From Phallusia mammillata (taxonomy: Eukaryota): a stretch of DNA of 64,000 nucleotides. The stretch spans positions 30,442,001 to 30,506,000 of the forward strand of contig OZ281495.1 of the NCBI GenBank assembly GCA_965637545.1, given 5' to 3'. Position 1 is the stretch's first letter, and every line of letters starts with the position of its first letter. The notes below the pieces were generated by a model that was given only the letters and a program-made list of their open reading frames with translations, searched no databases and had not been told where the DNA came from. A program made the translations under genes and the position numbers. This document shows, piece after piece, positions 12,940 to 25,275 of this stretch.

Positions 12940-13817
12940 CTATGTTTTGTTGAAAAAGTAAACGTCGGTTTTGCCTCCTTTTACCCAATCCTTTAGCTGA
13001 TACATGTTGTCGGCCACGATTTCTTGCCCATAATCATTAGCCGATGGATCCTCATTGCTATAGTAAAGAGCTGAAAAAAGTGAAAGCACTTTAGAAGCTA
13101 TTTTGCCTATATTGTTTTTAAAGTAATTTTAAGATTTCTATTGAAATAAAATGTTTCCTAATTATTTTCTTCGCTTTTCTCGTGACATTTTTTTAAATTT
13201 CATATCTAGGTGTTTGGTCCGACTTAAAAAGTCAAATTTACCAATACGAATGAGTCATTGCTGCCAGCATAATGTATAAACGAGCATTGCTCTTCCAGCA
13301 GTTGAATAATTAATCGACGTTTCGACGTCCCATACAAGATTCCTTCATCAGGATATAGGCATATCTCGCAAGAATATTTACGCTGCTGAAAGGGCAATAC
13401 TTGTTTACCAATGGGAAGTTAGAACACAATTTTTTCCCGAGTGCAAAGACAAGCCCTTAAAAATTTAAGGAAAATGCTCACGAAGCTTTCCGTCTGTCTT
13501 CAATTTTGTGTTCACAGCAGCATAAAGTTTCTCGGCCACTATTTTGGGGTCTGAAGGTTCAATATCCTTCTTTATATCGGAGGCCGAAATCTCGCCAACT
13601 TTTTCGAAACTCCCATTTTCAACTAAGACAGAAACTTTTTTAGGAAAGAATTCAATCAAAATTATATAATAGTCATAAATAATTTCCCGTTTATGAAACA
13701 TTACCTTTTTATTTTTGTTATTACATGTACATTTCAGACTAAGAAGAACTTACATAAACAAAGCAATTACTTAACTGTTCTATACTTACATTGTTGTTTG
13801 ACAATGTAGCTAGACAT
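12940..13817 (-). CDS. G3, uncharacterised 99-aa protein (divergent subfamily); exons 13817-13790, 13622-13482, 13070-12940
   Basis: Spliced ORF MSSYIVKQQFENGSFEKVGEISASDIKKDIEPSDPKIVAEKLYAAVNTKLKTDGKLPLYYSNEDPSANDYGQEIVADNMYQLKDWVKGGKTDVYFFNKT. Phase-1 introns; the LY(Y/F)S..P..N.(Y/F)G and YFFN motifs are conserved. Confidence 0.8.
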
Positions 13818-14984
13818 GTTTCAGATGATTTCTTTAACGCAGATATATTTCAATGCACTTGCTGCAAAAAAAGATAAAACAGAAGTCAGAAATTGTTTAT
13901 AATGGAACTGTGCCAAAGAGGCAATAAGAAACGCAATAAACGTTTCTACTTGTAATCTGTCACAAATGCAACGTCTCTATATGCAAAACAAATTTAAAAA
14001 ATATGAAAACTGGTAGCAAAGCTGTTCCACGATTTTTGTCTATTAGAAAAATTCAAAGGTTGACTTTACTGTCAGCTTACTGACTGGGATAGGACATCAC
14101 TTTTAAACCCCATTCCCCTTTTCTTCTTTACTTTTCAGACCCCCTATTCAAGGACGCTTGTCTGTATTTTTCCGTTTGTGAAACCAAATGTCAGTGGCTC
14201 TCCAGAAAGTGCTTCAACATTAAAGCTAACCACCAGTTAAAACACGGTTTAGTGTATGCTTTGCTGTAACTGTCTGCCTCAAGTTCAAGTTTTTCCGTTT
14301 CCTCGACGCATTTTTGGCTAAACTCTGAATCTTATATGCCCCTATTGACATGGTAATAAATTTTTATTTGCTTTTGTTTTTGTAAAGGTTCGCTTTCACT
14401 GATGTTTGATCAAGGATACAATGAACATATTTTATATCTGATTTGGAAAGCAACAAAGACAGTGTGAGTACTATTAAATTTACAGCTGTAATTAGGTAAC
14501 TTTTTTAATTTAGTTTAGTAAAACCTCTTTGTTACTTAGGTTTATACTTTACCTCGCATTAGACAGTTTAAACTTACTTGGGTTAATTAAGACCATTTTG
14601 CCAAGTCAAAATTTTCACAAGGTGTCGCCAGCGAGCATGTCGTGCACCGTACAACACATATGCGGAAACACAGCTTCTTGCAACTGATTACTTCAACAAT
14701 GGTCAAAGAATTCGACTCTTTTGGTAGTGAGTTCAATATTGAAGTAAAAGGAACAAGGTTATTTTATTTAAAAATTTATGGGCCTATATTAGGCGATGAC
14801 ACTTGTTAACTTTTTTACCCAGTTTCCGCCATATTTTCTGCAATGCATTTTTTACTTCATTATGAAAATCGATTTTAAGTTCTTACCTTCTAAAGTAAAT
14901 CTCGATCAGCGACTTAAAACTTTAACTTTATTTCTGCTTATTACGTCACCCCCATCTTATGCTTGAAAATCTGCTTCCGTTAAT

Positions 14985-15870
14985 TGTGGTATCTGAACTG
15001 TGTGGAATTTGTTTCGTTAAACGCGCGTAAGCGAGCGAGCGTTTGAAACAAAGAGTCGTCACTAACACAATTCACGTCCTTTCACGAGTTCTTACTCCCC
15101 ATGAAAGCCGGCATGTGGCCTTTTGTGAAAAGTTTATTGCGACAAAACAATGCGTATGTGTTTTGAGATTATGATGCAACAAGCGTCTTTGTGTGAGGTC
15201 GAGGTAATCAACTTTTCCGAGAAAATGTCGCAACAAATGCGTTGGATAAAATTACCCAAATCCAACACCACCTACTTTGTGATTATGTAGATTACGAAAG
15301 GGAAGGTGAGAGGTTTTTCTGTATTTTTCCACGACTGTTAATGGGTTTGTACTTTGCCACCATCGAGATATAAAATAGGGGAGTTTCTCCTAACTGTAGC
15401 AACGTCTTTGAACCGTCTGAACGTCCTCAATCGGATGCGGACTATGCAAAGGGCTACACATCTTTTTCTAAAACGGTCATCCGTCGTTTCCTAGAAAAAG
15501 CTGATTATCTTCCACAAAGATGTTAGTTACATCAAAATCCAAAAACCCAAAACATTGTTTCGTCGCAATAAACTCCTCACAAAAGACCTCATGGCGCCTT
15601 TCAAGCGGGGTAAGAACTCGTGAAAGGACGTGGTGTGTGTCGGACGGCGCTTTGTTTTAAGCAATCGCTCGCTTACGCTCGTTTAACGAACGAAATTCCA
15701 CACAGTTCAATTACACCACAACGAAAGCAAATTTTTAAACATATGGTTTGGCGTAAGAAGTGGAAATATCCTTTTTGGTGGTTTGGGTTTGGGGTGCAGC
15801 AGTTCCCAAAAATAACAAATGCTTTTTGTGGAACTGGCCACAAAACTGATCAGCCGCTATTTTTTCTGCA
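14985..15870. repeat. Unclassified repeat R1, two copies in inverted orientation (~14985-15340 +, ~15540-15870 -); further copies near 19760, 22860, 35225, 38575, 39265, 40925, 41490, 45700, 48320, 62020, 62575
   Basis: Core gtaattgaactgtgtggaattt..ttaaacgcgcgtaagcgagcgag..tttcacgagttcttactcc recurs at least 12 times on both strands. I could not define TIRs or a TSD. Confidence 0.8.
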
Positions 15871-16319
15871 GGCCGCTACTTGTAAAAAATCGAATTCATT
15901 TTATCTCACCCCTGGAGGGTTTTTTCTGGGGTTAAGTTCTGCATCACTGTAGTTTAAAGTTTAAAGCGTAGTTTGTATTTTGTCGGATAAATTTGTAGTC
16001 TATTGTTACATGTTGTTACACGGAAACATTTAAGTCTAGCGACAAAGTTAACAAGTCACTCTCCAAGCTCATTTCGAACATCAATTGCCTCCTATATTTG
16101 CCCTATTTAGCCACGCCTCATCAGTAACGACAGCGACTAAACATATAATAAATCTTGTAACATAATGCGCTCAGGTCATAAGTTCATGTAATACGTTTTT
16201 CCACAATACAATTTGACACCATCATAGGTTTAATTCGTTTTGTGAATGGAAAAAAACATTAAATTACACGTGGTTCATTCTGCAGCTACCTTCTGATATA
16301 ATAATAGGTTGGGTTAAGA

Positions 16320-16534
16320 CAGTAGTTCTCAAACTGTGCGTCGCGACGCCCGTGTGCGTCGTTTCAATTTTCCAAGGGCGTCGCAGAATAGTTCCGTTTC
16401 GTGGCTTTTTGTTGTTGTATCAATAAACACAACTTTAGTAATAAGTTTTCTCATTAACTTTTATTTGCTGGTGCGTCGCAAGTCTTGGAAACTTTTTCAG
16501 AGGCGTCGCAAGAAAATAAGTTTGAGAACCACTG
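16320..16534. mobile_element. hAT MITE, 215 bp (copies at 42263-42477 and 63345-63559)
   Basis: TIRs CAGTAGTTCTCAAAC / GTTTGAGAACCACTG. The 8-bp TSD GGTTAAGA is perfect at the 42 kb and 63 kb copies and has one mismatch here. Confidence 0.9.
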
Positions 16535-17145
16535 GGTTGAGATATAAAATGGGAAATAGCGTCGAGGTAAACCAGAGAGAAGGAAGCGAACACAAAGAAG
16601 TACTAAAGTAAAGCGACTTCATCTTCACATGTGAGAAATTTACACTAAACCAGAAAAAGAAAAGCATTTCTTTGCTATATAATTTGCTATTTTAGGAAAA
16701 ATATATCTTTTTGCATCTCCACAAGAAGGTTTTGTCTGCATGTAATCTCTGTTTTCTGCAAAGGCGGGGAACTTTTGGTGATACTTTGTAGTGCAGTAAG
16801 CTTTTGATTTTTCTCAACATTTTCTGAAACTTGTACAAATTATTTCTGTGTTTCCCTCTTAAACATGTTTCTTACATCTTTTTTTAAGATAAAACGAAGC
16901 TCTACATTACTAAAAGTTTTGTTTTTGTGTACTTTTACGTCATCAGCTTTTGAAAGTTCGCTTCTAAATAGAAATCATACGCAGCACAATTTCTTCAAAG
17001 CCCATTAACATCCAACTACCCAGACATAAACGTGTTTTTCCAAGAAATATAGTTTTTTTTCTGGCACGTTGAAATTTTCATAATTGTGTCATTTGTAGAA
17101 AAACATCTTTGTAATTTAAAAAAAAAACTTGATCTGCATTCAAAC

Positions 17146-17897
17146 ATGGGGAATTATTATGGAATCGTTATGCGACTTGGTAAGTTGACCTCCATTGCAA
17201 ATCAGCGCACCGTATAACATAGTACTTGAAATTCAATGGACAAGAAACTTCGGCGAAACAAACACACCGCTTTGGACAATTAAACTCCATACCATGTGGA
17301 TTATGAAACGATAATTTTGTTTATACGTCATGAATGATATTTTTCAGATGGTAACGGTTATTCTGATGTGGGAAGTATTAACCACAGCAATGAATGGGAG
17401 GACATTAACGCACGGTCTGCGGAAGTTTCAACGGAGAAAATTATTTCTGCAGTAAAAACCCAAATGCGGCATGTATACAATGGCGGTAAGCAAGACTTGT
17501 ACACTCCTTGTATTATCTCATCACACATAGTTTATGCGGAGCGTAAAAGAACCTATACCTGGACCAACAGCATTTCCTTCTGTGCATCTACGTTTGGTGG
17601 CATCGTCCACCTGATCTGGTTTGTGACTACAGCGTGCAATGTTGAGAACTGATAGACATTCAGTCGCACGATTGTTACGTCATACATAAGTGACGTCACA
17701 AAGTGCATGGTCGCCACTCGTCAAGGGTCGTAAAACAATTAAGTTTTAATTTTTATTTTTTATTTTCAGAATTGTACTTCAGTGATCAGAATCCTCAAGA
17801 TAATGACTTTGGATATAAGATCGAAGCAAAGAACATAGGCACGCTCGTAGATATGGTTCAGGCTAATGACAGATACATTTATTTCTTCAACAAATAA
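17146..17897 (+). CDS. G4, uncharacterised 99-aa protein; exons 17146-17179, 17348-17485, 17770-17897
   Basis: Spliced ORF MGNYYGIVMRLDGNGYSDVGSINHSNEWEDINARSAEVSTEKIISAVKTQMRHVYNGELYFSDQNPQDNDFGYKIEAKNIGTLVDMVQANDRYIYFFNK. Canonical gtaag donors and tttcag acceptors. Confidence 0.85.
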
Positions 17898-18510
17898 TGA
17901 GCACCAACAGTTGCATAGTAATACTTCGTACATTCTTATAATCAACGTGTCATCAAATATATTTTCGTATTTACCTGGAAAATAAAACCATATTTGCCTT
18001 AAAATGTATTCAAAAGCAGGGAGCCAATGAGCAGCCTCGGACAGGCCATGTGACAAAATCATGAAAAACATGGGTTCTTCCAGTTTATACAAGCTATAGC
18101 TGCCTGGCATAATATTAAGTTTGTAGAGCTCTTCTGGGAAATGTATTTTTATTTCGACATTTCGAGGTACTATACAGGTCGTTTTCATCAGGGTAATAAC
18201 AATGAATACGCGTTGTACAGTGCACGATAAACAATAAACGGAAGTGGTTGCGTTTAATTCGTTTTTCCTTTGTATACAATTCACATATTCACTGTTTGGA
18301 AAGTGTAGTACTATTGGCATTTCGTTACAGCAAAACCATTAAAGAAATTATTTACCCACTTTTTGTGAAACATACATTTTTTTAACACAGCAACGCTACT
18401 ATCACGTGACCAATAATGCGACCATATAGAACGCAGTATAAGCTTTGACGTAATCCTACAATCAGCGCTGGGGTGGGGCAATCTGTAAGGTAGCACTCTA
18501 TTACCTAGAG

Positions 18511-18792
18511 CAGTGGTTCTCAACCTTTCGTGGACTGTGACCTCCTTGAAAAATGTAAATGGCAATCTCATCTTGGAATTCGGTACTAATTTCGACTTGA
18601 AACAGGTCGAATAGAATAAACAAGAATCTGTAATCGTAAAAACCTCAATATAGACAAACAGTATATGAAATAGTCCATTAAATTAGGGAATTAAGATTTT
18701 AGTGTGTGTTTCTGATGAATCTACACCCGTGGCCTCCCTGAACACAGCTCGTGGTCCCCTGGGGGGCCATGGGCCCTGGTTGGGAACCACTG
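18511..18792. mobile_element. hAT MITE, 282 bp (copy at 44454-44735)
   Basis: TIRs CAGTGGTTCTCAACC / GGTTGGGAACCACTG, with a perfect 8-bp TSD ACCTAGAG. Confidence 0.92.
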
Positions 18793-20294
18793 ACCTAGAG
18801 AGTAAGAGGTTTGGTAGCAAAATCATGTACTTGGAAGCGGAAGCAAGTTTTGGTACAGACAAACCCATCATTTTGAATGACTGCGCTAAACTAAACAAAC
18901 ACACAAACGCTCGACTATCAAACAGTCGTGAAGCATGTTACCTCACTTGACAAATAATTTGAACTGGTCTTGTTGCAATGAAACAGACAAAAGTTAACTC
19001 TACTACAAGTAAAGTCTACGAACCTACCAAAAACAAAGACTACTAATTTGTAGCATTTAAACAGAACACCTGCGCTTTACAAACTTACAAAACGTAAAAC
19101 GGAGCAGCAGAAACATTAAATAGAGCACTGTAATTCAGTAATTGTCCCCTGAGGCATGCAAGGTTTGTAAATACCAAGTAGGGCAAAGAGCACTGAATTC
19201 TATATTTGATAAGAAAACTATGCACAAGTGATGGCGGTTAGAGCTACTTGAGTTGGATTACAAAATTAACCTAAAAAAATAAAGTATAGTATACGCCAAG
19301 CCCATTGAAGGCGTTATACCGAATCAAGCCAGTTTCCTTAGCATTACCAGACGGCAAGGCGTAGGCTAGAAAAACATACCGCGGTGAAATTAGAATCCAC
19401 GACAGGAGTCTTTCCGGGATTCGGACTCTACCAACTGAGCTACACGGGTTCAGTGGAGATCCCGCTAAAAGTCGAGCCGTTGCCTGCCTCGTATGCTGCG
19501 CATGTCAGCTTTGTAGCAGGGAATCGCCAAATTGGCCATTGATAAGCTAAGATGTATTCATCTCAGCTTAAAAATAAAATAAAACTTAGTTCTTAACCGG
19601 GCTGCCTTTTTACTCTAGCCGCTGCTCTTTACTCCACCTATCGGTATTTTTCATTTTTTTGTCTGACCTGATGATTTGATTTTGGAACCAGGTTGTGTCA
19701 AACTATGTGAAGGTAAACTATTTGCAGGTCAGGTGTCTACAAAAAAGGATGCTTCCCAAACCCGACCACCAAGAAACGATATTCCACTTATTACCCCATC
19801 ATATGTTAAAACCTCTGCTTCGGTTGTGGTGTAATTGAACTGTGTGAAATTTGGTTCATTAGACGCGGGTAAGCGAGCCAGTGTTTAAAGCAAAGCGGCG
19901 TCACGAACACAATTCTCGTCGAGTTCATACTCCGCTCCAAAGCCGACAAGTGACCTTTTGTAAAGAGTTTATTGTGACAAAAACTTTGCCAGTGGTATTT
20001 GGTGAAGGTGACCTGTATAGGACGTCGAAACGCCGAAATAAAATGCATTTGCCAGAAGAGCTCTACAAACTTGAATACTTGGTATTATGCCTGGCAGCAA
20101 TAGCTTGTATAAACCGGAGTCCGTTTATTCATGTTTATGTCACATGACCTGTCCGAGGCTGCTCATAGGCTCCCTGCTTTTGAATACATTTTAAGGCAAG
20201 ACAGTTTTATTTTCCAGGTTAATACGAAAATATATTTGATCACACGTTAACTATTGGAATGTACAAAATATTTCTGTGCAACTGTTGGTGCTCG

Positions 20295-21562
20295 TTATTT
20301 GTTGAAGAAATAAATGTATTTCTCTTTAGCGAGTGCCCAATTCTTGAGCTTGCCCATGTGCTGTGGCTCGATCGTATATCCAAAGTCATTTTGATTCGGA
20401 TCCTGATCACTGAAGTACAACTCTGAAAATAAAAAGAAATTAAAAGCTTGACCAGTGGCGACCATGCACTTTGTGACATCACTCATGTATTACGTCACGA
20501 GACCCCTCCCCCCAAAAAAATATTCTGATGGGATTTTTTTACATATAGATTGCTAATTTAAGTTGCATTTATAGCTCAATTAAACGCTAACACAACAATG
20601 CAAAAATAACAAAAAGAAATTATATGTCAGTAATGTTGTTTGTCACTTCTCAGTGAGCAAGACGACATTGAATGCCTCTATTATCTGTGCATTTTCTTCC
20701 TAACTTTGTGCTTTGTTTTTTATTGCTGACAGCAAGTAAAAAAACATTGCTATGATACAATTAGGCTTCTTACTAAATAACAACAATTATTTCTGGATAA
20801 TTGTAATGGCATGATATCATTTACAATTCCAAAATAAAACTGTAAAGTGAAATCTGGTTGAAAAGCTGCTCCGTGGCACAAGGATCTTCGTACCCCTTGA
20901 TGTTCGATCTCGTACCCCCAAGGGGTACGAGTACCCCCAGTTGGGAACCCCTGCTTTTGATTATGGCCTGTGTTGTACAGACAACAATTGTGCGAACAAA
21001 TGTCTATCAGTTCTGTCGGGAACATTGCCTCTTTATCGTGTCTGCACAAATACACCAGCTAATGATGAGTGCATTAAAGACCATCATGAGCAAAATTGCA
21101 CGCTGTAGTCACATGCTAGATCAGCTGGACGATGCTACCAAACGCAGATGCACAGAATAAAAGGTCATTGGTCCAATTAATTTCTAGTATAAGTTAGATC
21201 GCATTTATGCTTAGCATGAACTATATGTGATGAGATAATGCAGGCAGTGTACAAGTTGTGCTTACCGCCATTGTAAACATGCTGCATTTGTGTTTTTACA
21301 GCAGAACTAACTTTCTGCGCCATAACTTCCGCAGACCATGAGTTGATGTCTTCCCATTCGTCGCTGTGTTTAATTCGTCCGACTTCAACATAACCATCAT
21401 CATCTAAACAAAATTATCATTTCATAACCCGCATTGTATGGAGTTTAATCGTCCAATAACTGTTTTATCGAAATAACTATAAGTCCGTTGTTGTATGGTG
21501 CCCTGATTTACAAAGGAGGTCAACTTACCAAGTCGCAAAACAATTCCATAAACACTCCCCAT
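20295..21562 (-). CDS. G5, uncharacterised 99-aa protein; exons 21562-21529, 21403-21266, 20422-20295
   Basis: Spliced ORF MGSVYGIVLRLDDDGYVEVGRIKHSDEWEDINSWSAEVMAQKVSSAVKTQMQHVYNGELYFSDQDPNQNDFGYTIEPQHMGKLKNWALAKEKYIYFFNK. Exon sizes 34/138/128 are identical to G4. Confidence 0.85.
20860..20953 (-). mobile_element. One-ended hAT-like fragment in G5 intron 2 (copies at ~37613-37706 and ~46800-46895)
   Basis: Terminus CAGGGGTTCCCAA followed by repeated GGGGTAC subterminal motifs. I could not find the other end. Confidence 0.55.
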
Positions 21563-24500
21563 GTTTGAATTCAGATCAAGCTTTTTAGATAACAAAGTTG
21601 TTTTCTAAAAATGACAATTATAAAAACTTCAACGTACCAGAAAAAACATAACTTAATTTCTTGTAAAAATATGTTAAAAAAATTGTCTGGGCAGTTTGAT
21701 GTTATTGGGCTTTAAAGAAAGCGTGTTGTATATGATTTCTATTTAGAAGCGAACTACCTAAACCTGATGACGTAAGAGTACACAAGAACGAAATTTTTAT
21801 GACTGTAGAGCTTGATAGCTAAGATGAATATATGCATACTGGGATCAGCCCTGAAGCGTCGATGCAGACCAGCGATCACGGCATACTTATCGATAATTCA
21901 CAGTACACCAAGCCTATTAAAGGCATTAAACCGAATGAGCTCGTCTCCCAAGCATATACATATGGCAAGGCACGGGCTAGAAAAATCTAGCCTGCGGTGG
22001 GATTCGAACCCACGACAGGAGTCTTTCCGGGACCCCCGCTCTTTCGGGGAATAGGCTTCCAGAAGATGATGACGTAACAGTACATAAGAACGAAAATTTT
22101 ATGAATGTATGGCTTGGTTTTATCTTTAAAAAAAGATGTAAGAAACATGTTTTAGGGGAAAACATAACTTTACACTTGAAGTATAAAATCACATATTTCT
22201 GCATCTTTGACACTTTCAATAGAAATTTTGGAAAATGTTGAAAACAATTCCTTCACCCTCTTTACAGAAAACAGAGACTAGATACAGACAAAACAGATGA
22301 AACAATTTTAGTCCTTCTTGTGGACTAAAATGGAAAAATCATATAGCAAAAACTGCTTGCTTGATCTGTTTCAGTTTAAATTCACCATATTGTGTCCTTC
22401 TCCTAATATGTCAGGAAGTAGCTGCAGAATGAAACACATGTTCTGAAAAGTTTGTTCCATTCGCAACCTATATTTAAAGAATCGATAGTTGTGTCAAATC
22501 GTCTTGTGGTAAAAAGTATTGCCTGAACTTATGGCCTCAGCGCATTATGTTACAAGACTTATTGCATGTTTTGTCACTGTAGCGAATTGCTGGTGAGACG
22601 TGGCTAATTAGGGCAAAAAAGAAGGCAATTGATGTTTAAACTGAGATTGGAAAGTGACTTGTTTTAACTTTGTCTTTTTTGACTTGTTTCAACTTTGTTT
22701 TTTTACCTTAATTATACAGACTTTTCGTATAGTTAACAACACTGAAGAATAGATTAAAAAATGTATGCGATAAAAACACAAACTGCACTTGAAACTTTAA
22801 ACCACAGTAATGCAGAAACTTAATTAGTTTTTTACAAGTGACACCCTGGAGAAAAAAAACAGCGGCTGATCAGTTTTTGCGACCAGTTCTACACAAAGCA
22901 TTTTTTATTTTTGGGAACTGCTGCACTCCAAACCCAAACCCGACCACCAAAGAAAGATAATTTGTACTTGTTACGCCACCCTATCATATGTTTAAAACTC
23001 TGCTTCCGTTGTAGTGTAATTGAACTGTGTGGAATTTCATTCGTTAAACGCGCGTAAGCGAGCGAGTGTTTAAAACAAAGCGGCGTCCCAGACACAATTC
23101 ACATCCTTTCACGAGTTCTTACTCCGCGTTAAAGCCGACAGGTGGTCTTTTGTGAAGAGTTTATTGTGACAAAACAATGTGTATGTGTTTTGTCTTTGTG
23201 TGAGGTCGAGGTAATCAGCTTTTCCTGGAAATGTCGCAACAAATACGTTGAATAAAAATTCCCAGATTTAACACCACCTACTTCGTGATTGTGTAGATTT
23301 ATCATAGGGAAGGTGAGAGGCGTTTCTGTATTTTTCCACGACTACCAAACTTTTCCACCATCCCTACAAATAATATGAAACGTTTCTCCTTACTGTTTCG
23401 GGGTGAAGGTCCTTGAAATCTCAAATACATGCGAGCTTTTCAGAGGGTTACACGCCTGCTCTGAAACAGTTATACGCCGTTTCCTTTCACTTTTTATGAT
23501 GCATTTTTTAGCCTTGTAATAAATAAGGATATTGACTACTGTAATTAATGTGGCGATCCCTATTACGAAGCTGACATGTGCAGCATACGAGGCAGTCAAC
23601 GGTGCTGTGATTCAACTGTCAGCGGTATCTTCACTGAGCTTGTGTAGCTCAGTTTGTAGATTCCTGTCGAGCGTTCGAATCCCCACTGCAGACTAGATTT
23701 TTCTAGCCTACGCCTTGCCATTTGGTGGTGAATGCTTGGTGACCAGCGAATTTGGTATGGCGCCTTCAATGGGCCTGGCGTGCTGTGATTTATGTATGAG
23801 TGTGTTGTGGTCGCTGGTCTGCATTAACACTTTAGGGCTGATCCCAGTTGTGAATTTATGTTCATCTTAACTACTGTAATGTTATGCCACTTGACATTAA
23901 TGCCTGAAAAACATTTTAGTCGAGAGCTTACTACGTTGTAGATTTACGCCTACGGGTAAAAGGTTTTCCACAAAAATATGAAAAATGTAAAATAAGAGAA
24001 AAAGTCAAACCAGTCTTTGAGACAGTCAAAGTAAAGTATTTTACATACCAAAATAATAAGGTAGGCCAGTGTTTCTCAAAACGTTTAACCTCAAAGTGCG
24101 CTTTCGGATTTACCTAAATTTTCGGACCGCCCTATTGAAATACATGCGGAAATATTAATCATTTCTTTTGAGGATTATATATTTACAAATCAATATCAGC
24201 ATTGCCACCACGCAGAGCGCACTGTTCGAAATTCACTGCCCTAGACGTAAAGAATGAAAACAAATAGAATCTGGAATGTGTGCGCCAGAGTAGTAAGCGG
24301 GCCTGAAATTTGATCCCGACCCGAAAAGCCCGGCCTGACTTACAACTCTTTCTTGCACTGGCAGTTTTGGCTTGATGTGTTTGGGTAAATCACGTGATAT
24401 CAACAAAGCTGCTGATTGGTTCTAGGTTTTTTAAAACATTCAAATGCAATTAAAGACACTTTTTATTGTCCAGGAAAAATACTTTTAAACGCGCGCGAAC

Positions 24501-25275
24501 TGCTGAGAATGCCACAACTGAATTGAATGCCTCGTTTTGTTTACCTAACAAGTCCCTTTTCGCACTCACACTATTTTGATTAAAAGGGGCGGATTTCCCC
24601 GTTGTAAAGGTTTATACTCTTACGTTATTAAGTCTTAATGGTTCGTTTTACATAACATCAGGGTTATTTTGCATCTACCTCAAGTCAACACACTTCAAAC
24701 TTAGTGGTATACATTTGTTACTTCTCATTAATATAATTAAACCGACACACCACAATACAAGAATTAATATAATTAATATGTAAAAAATTCGAAGAGGTTA
24801 GCTTTAAGAATACATATCATTTAGATTTTTTACAAGGGGGTCAAACCAGGACCCTCCCATGCAGGTACAAATTCTAGTCAGGATTTTTTTCTATTTCTAT
24901 GTAAAAATCAAGCGCTACGGACCATTAGGCATGTTAGCTCTGCAGCATAACCTAGTGGTTATGTTACAAAAAATAACTTTACCGCTATCGGCGCCAATCA
25001 CAACTCGAAGAAGTCTTGGCCGAATGGTCACGTCTAGCGCGCCTGAATTCGTCCCATGGGATGTCCTGCATGGGTTCGAACCCCATAAAACAAAGAAAGT
25101 CGAGTTGGAAAAACCGAGGCGGCTATTTTTGGTCGGGTTCGAGTATTAGCACCAGTTTCGATAAAATTGGCTTAAATTCAGTTCTTCAACTTGGTTTGTA
25201 TTAGAAATGGTCGAAGGTTCACACCCGTAAAAATCCGAAAAAAAAACATAGAACATAAAATGGATAATGGGCACA

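Larger units (their letters stand above)
11370..16990 (+). repeat. Segmental duplication; direct copy at ~58430-64000
   Basis: Continuous collinear similarity at an offset of about 47.0 kb (e.g. ORFs 13465-13701 vs 60497-60733, 12470-12691 vs 59502-59723), with scattered substitutions and indels. Confidence 0.9.

Noticed and set aside
17766-18320. 184-aa antisense ORF (copy at 43709-44263)
   Set aside because: It is antisense to G4 exon 3 and its 3' UTR. The frame is not kept in the G5 paralogue, and the repeat occurrence is due to recent duplication.
25012-25095. Functional tRNA gene (A and B boxes present)
   Set aside because: I could not fold a convincing acceptor or anticodon stem, and related copies are diverged and dispersed, so I treated it as SINE-like.
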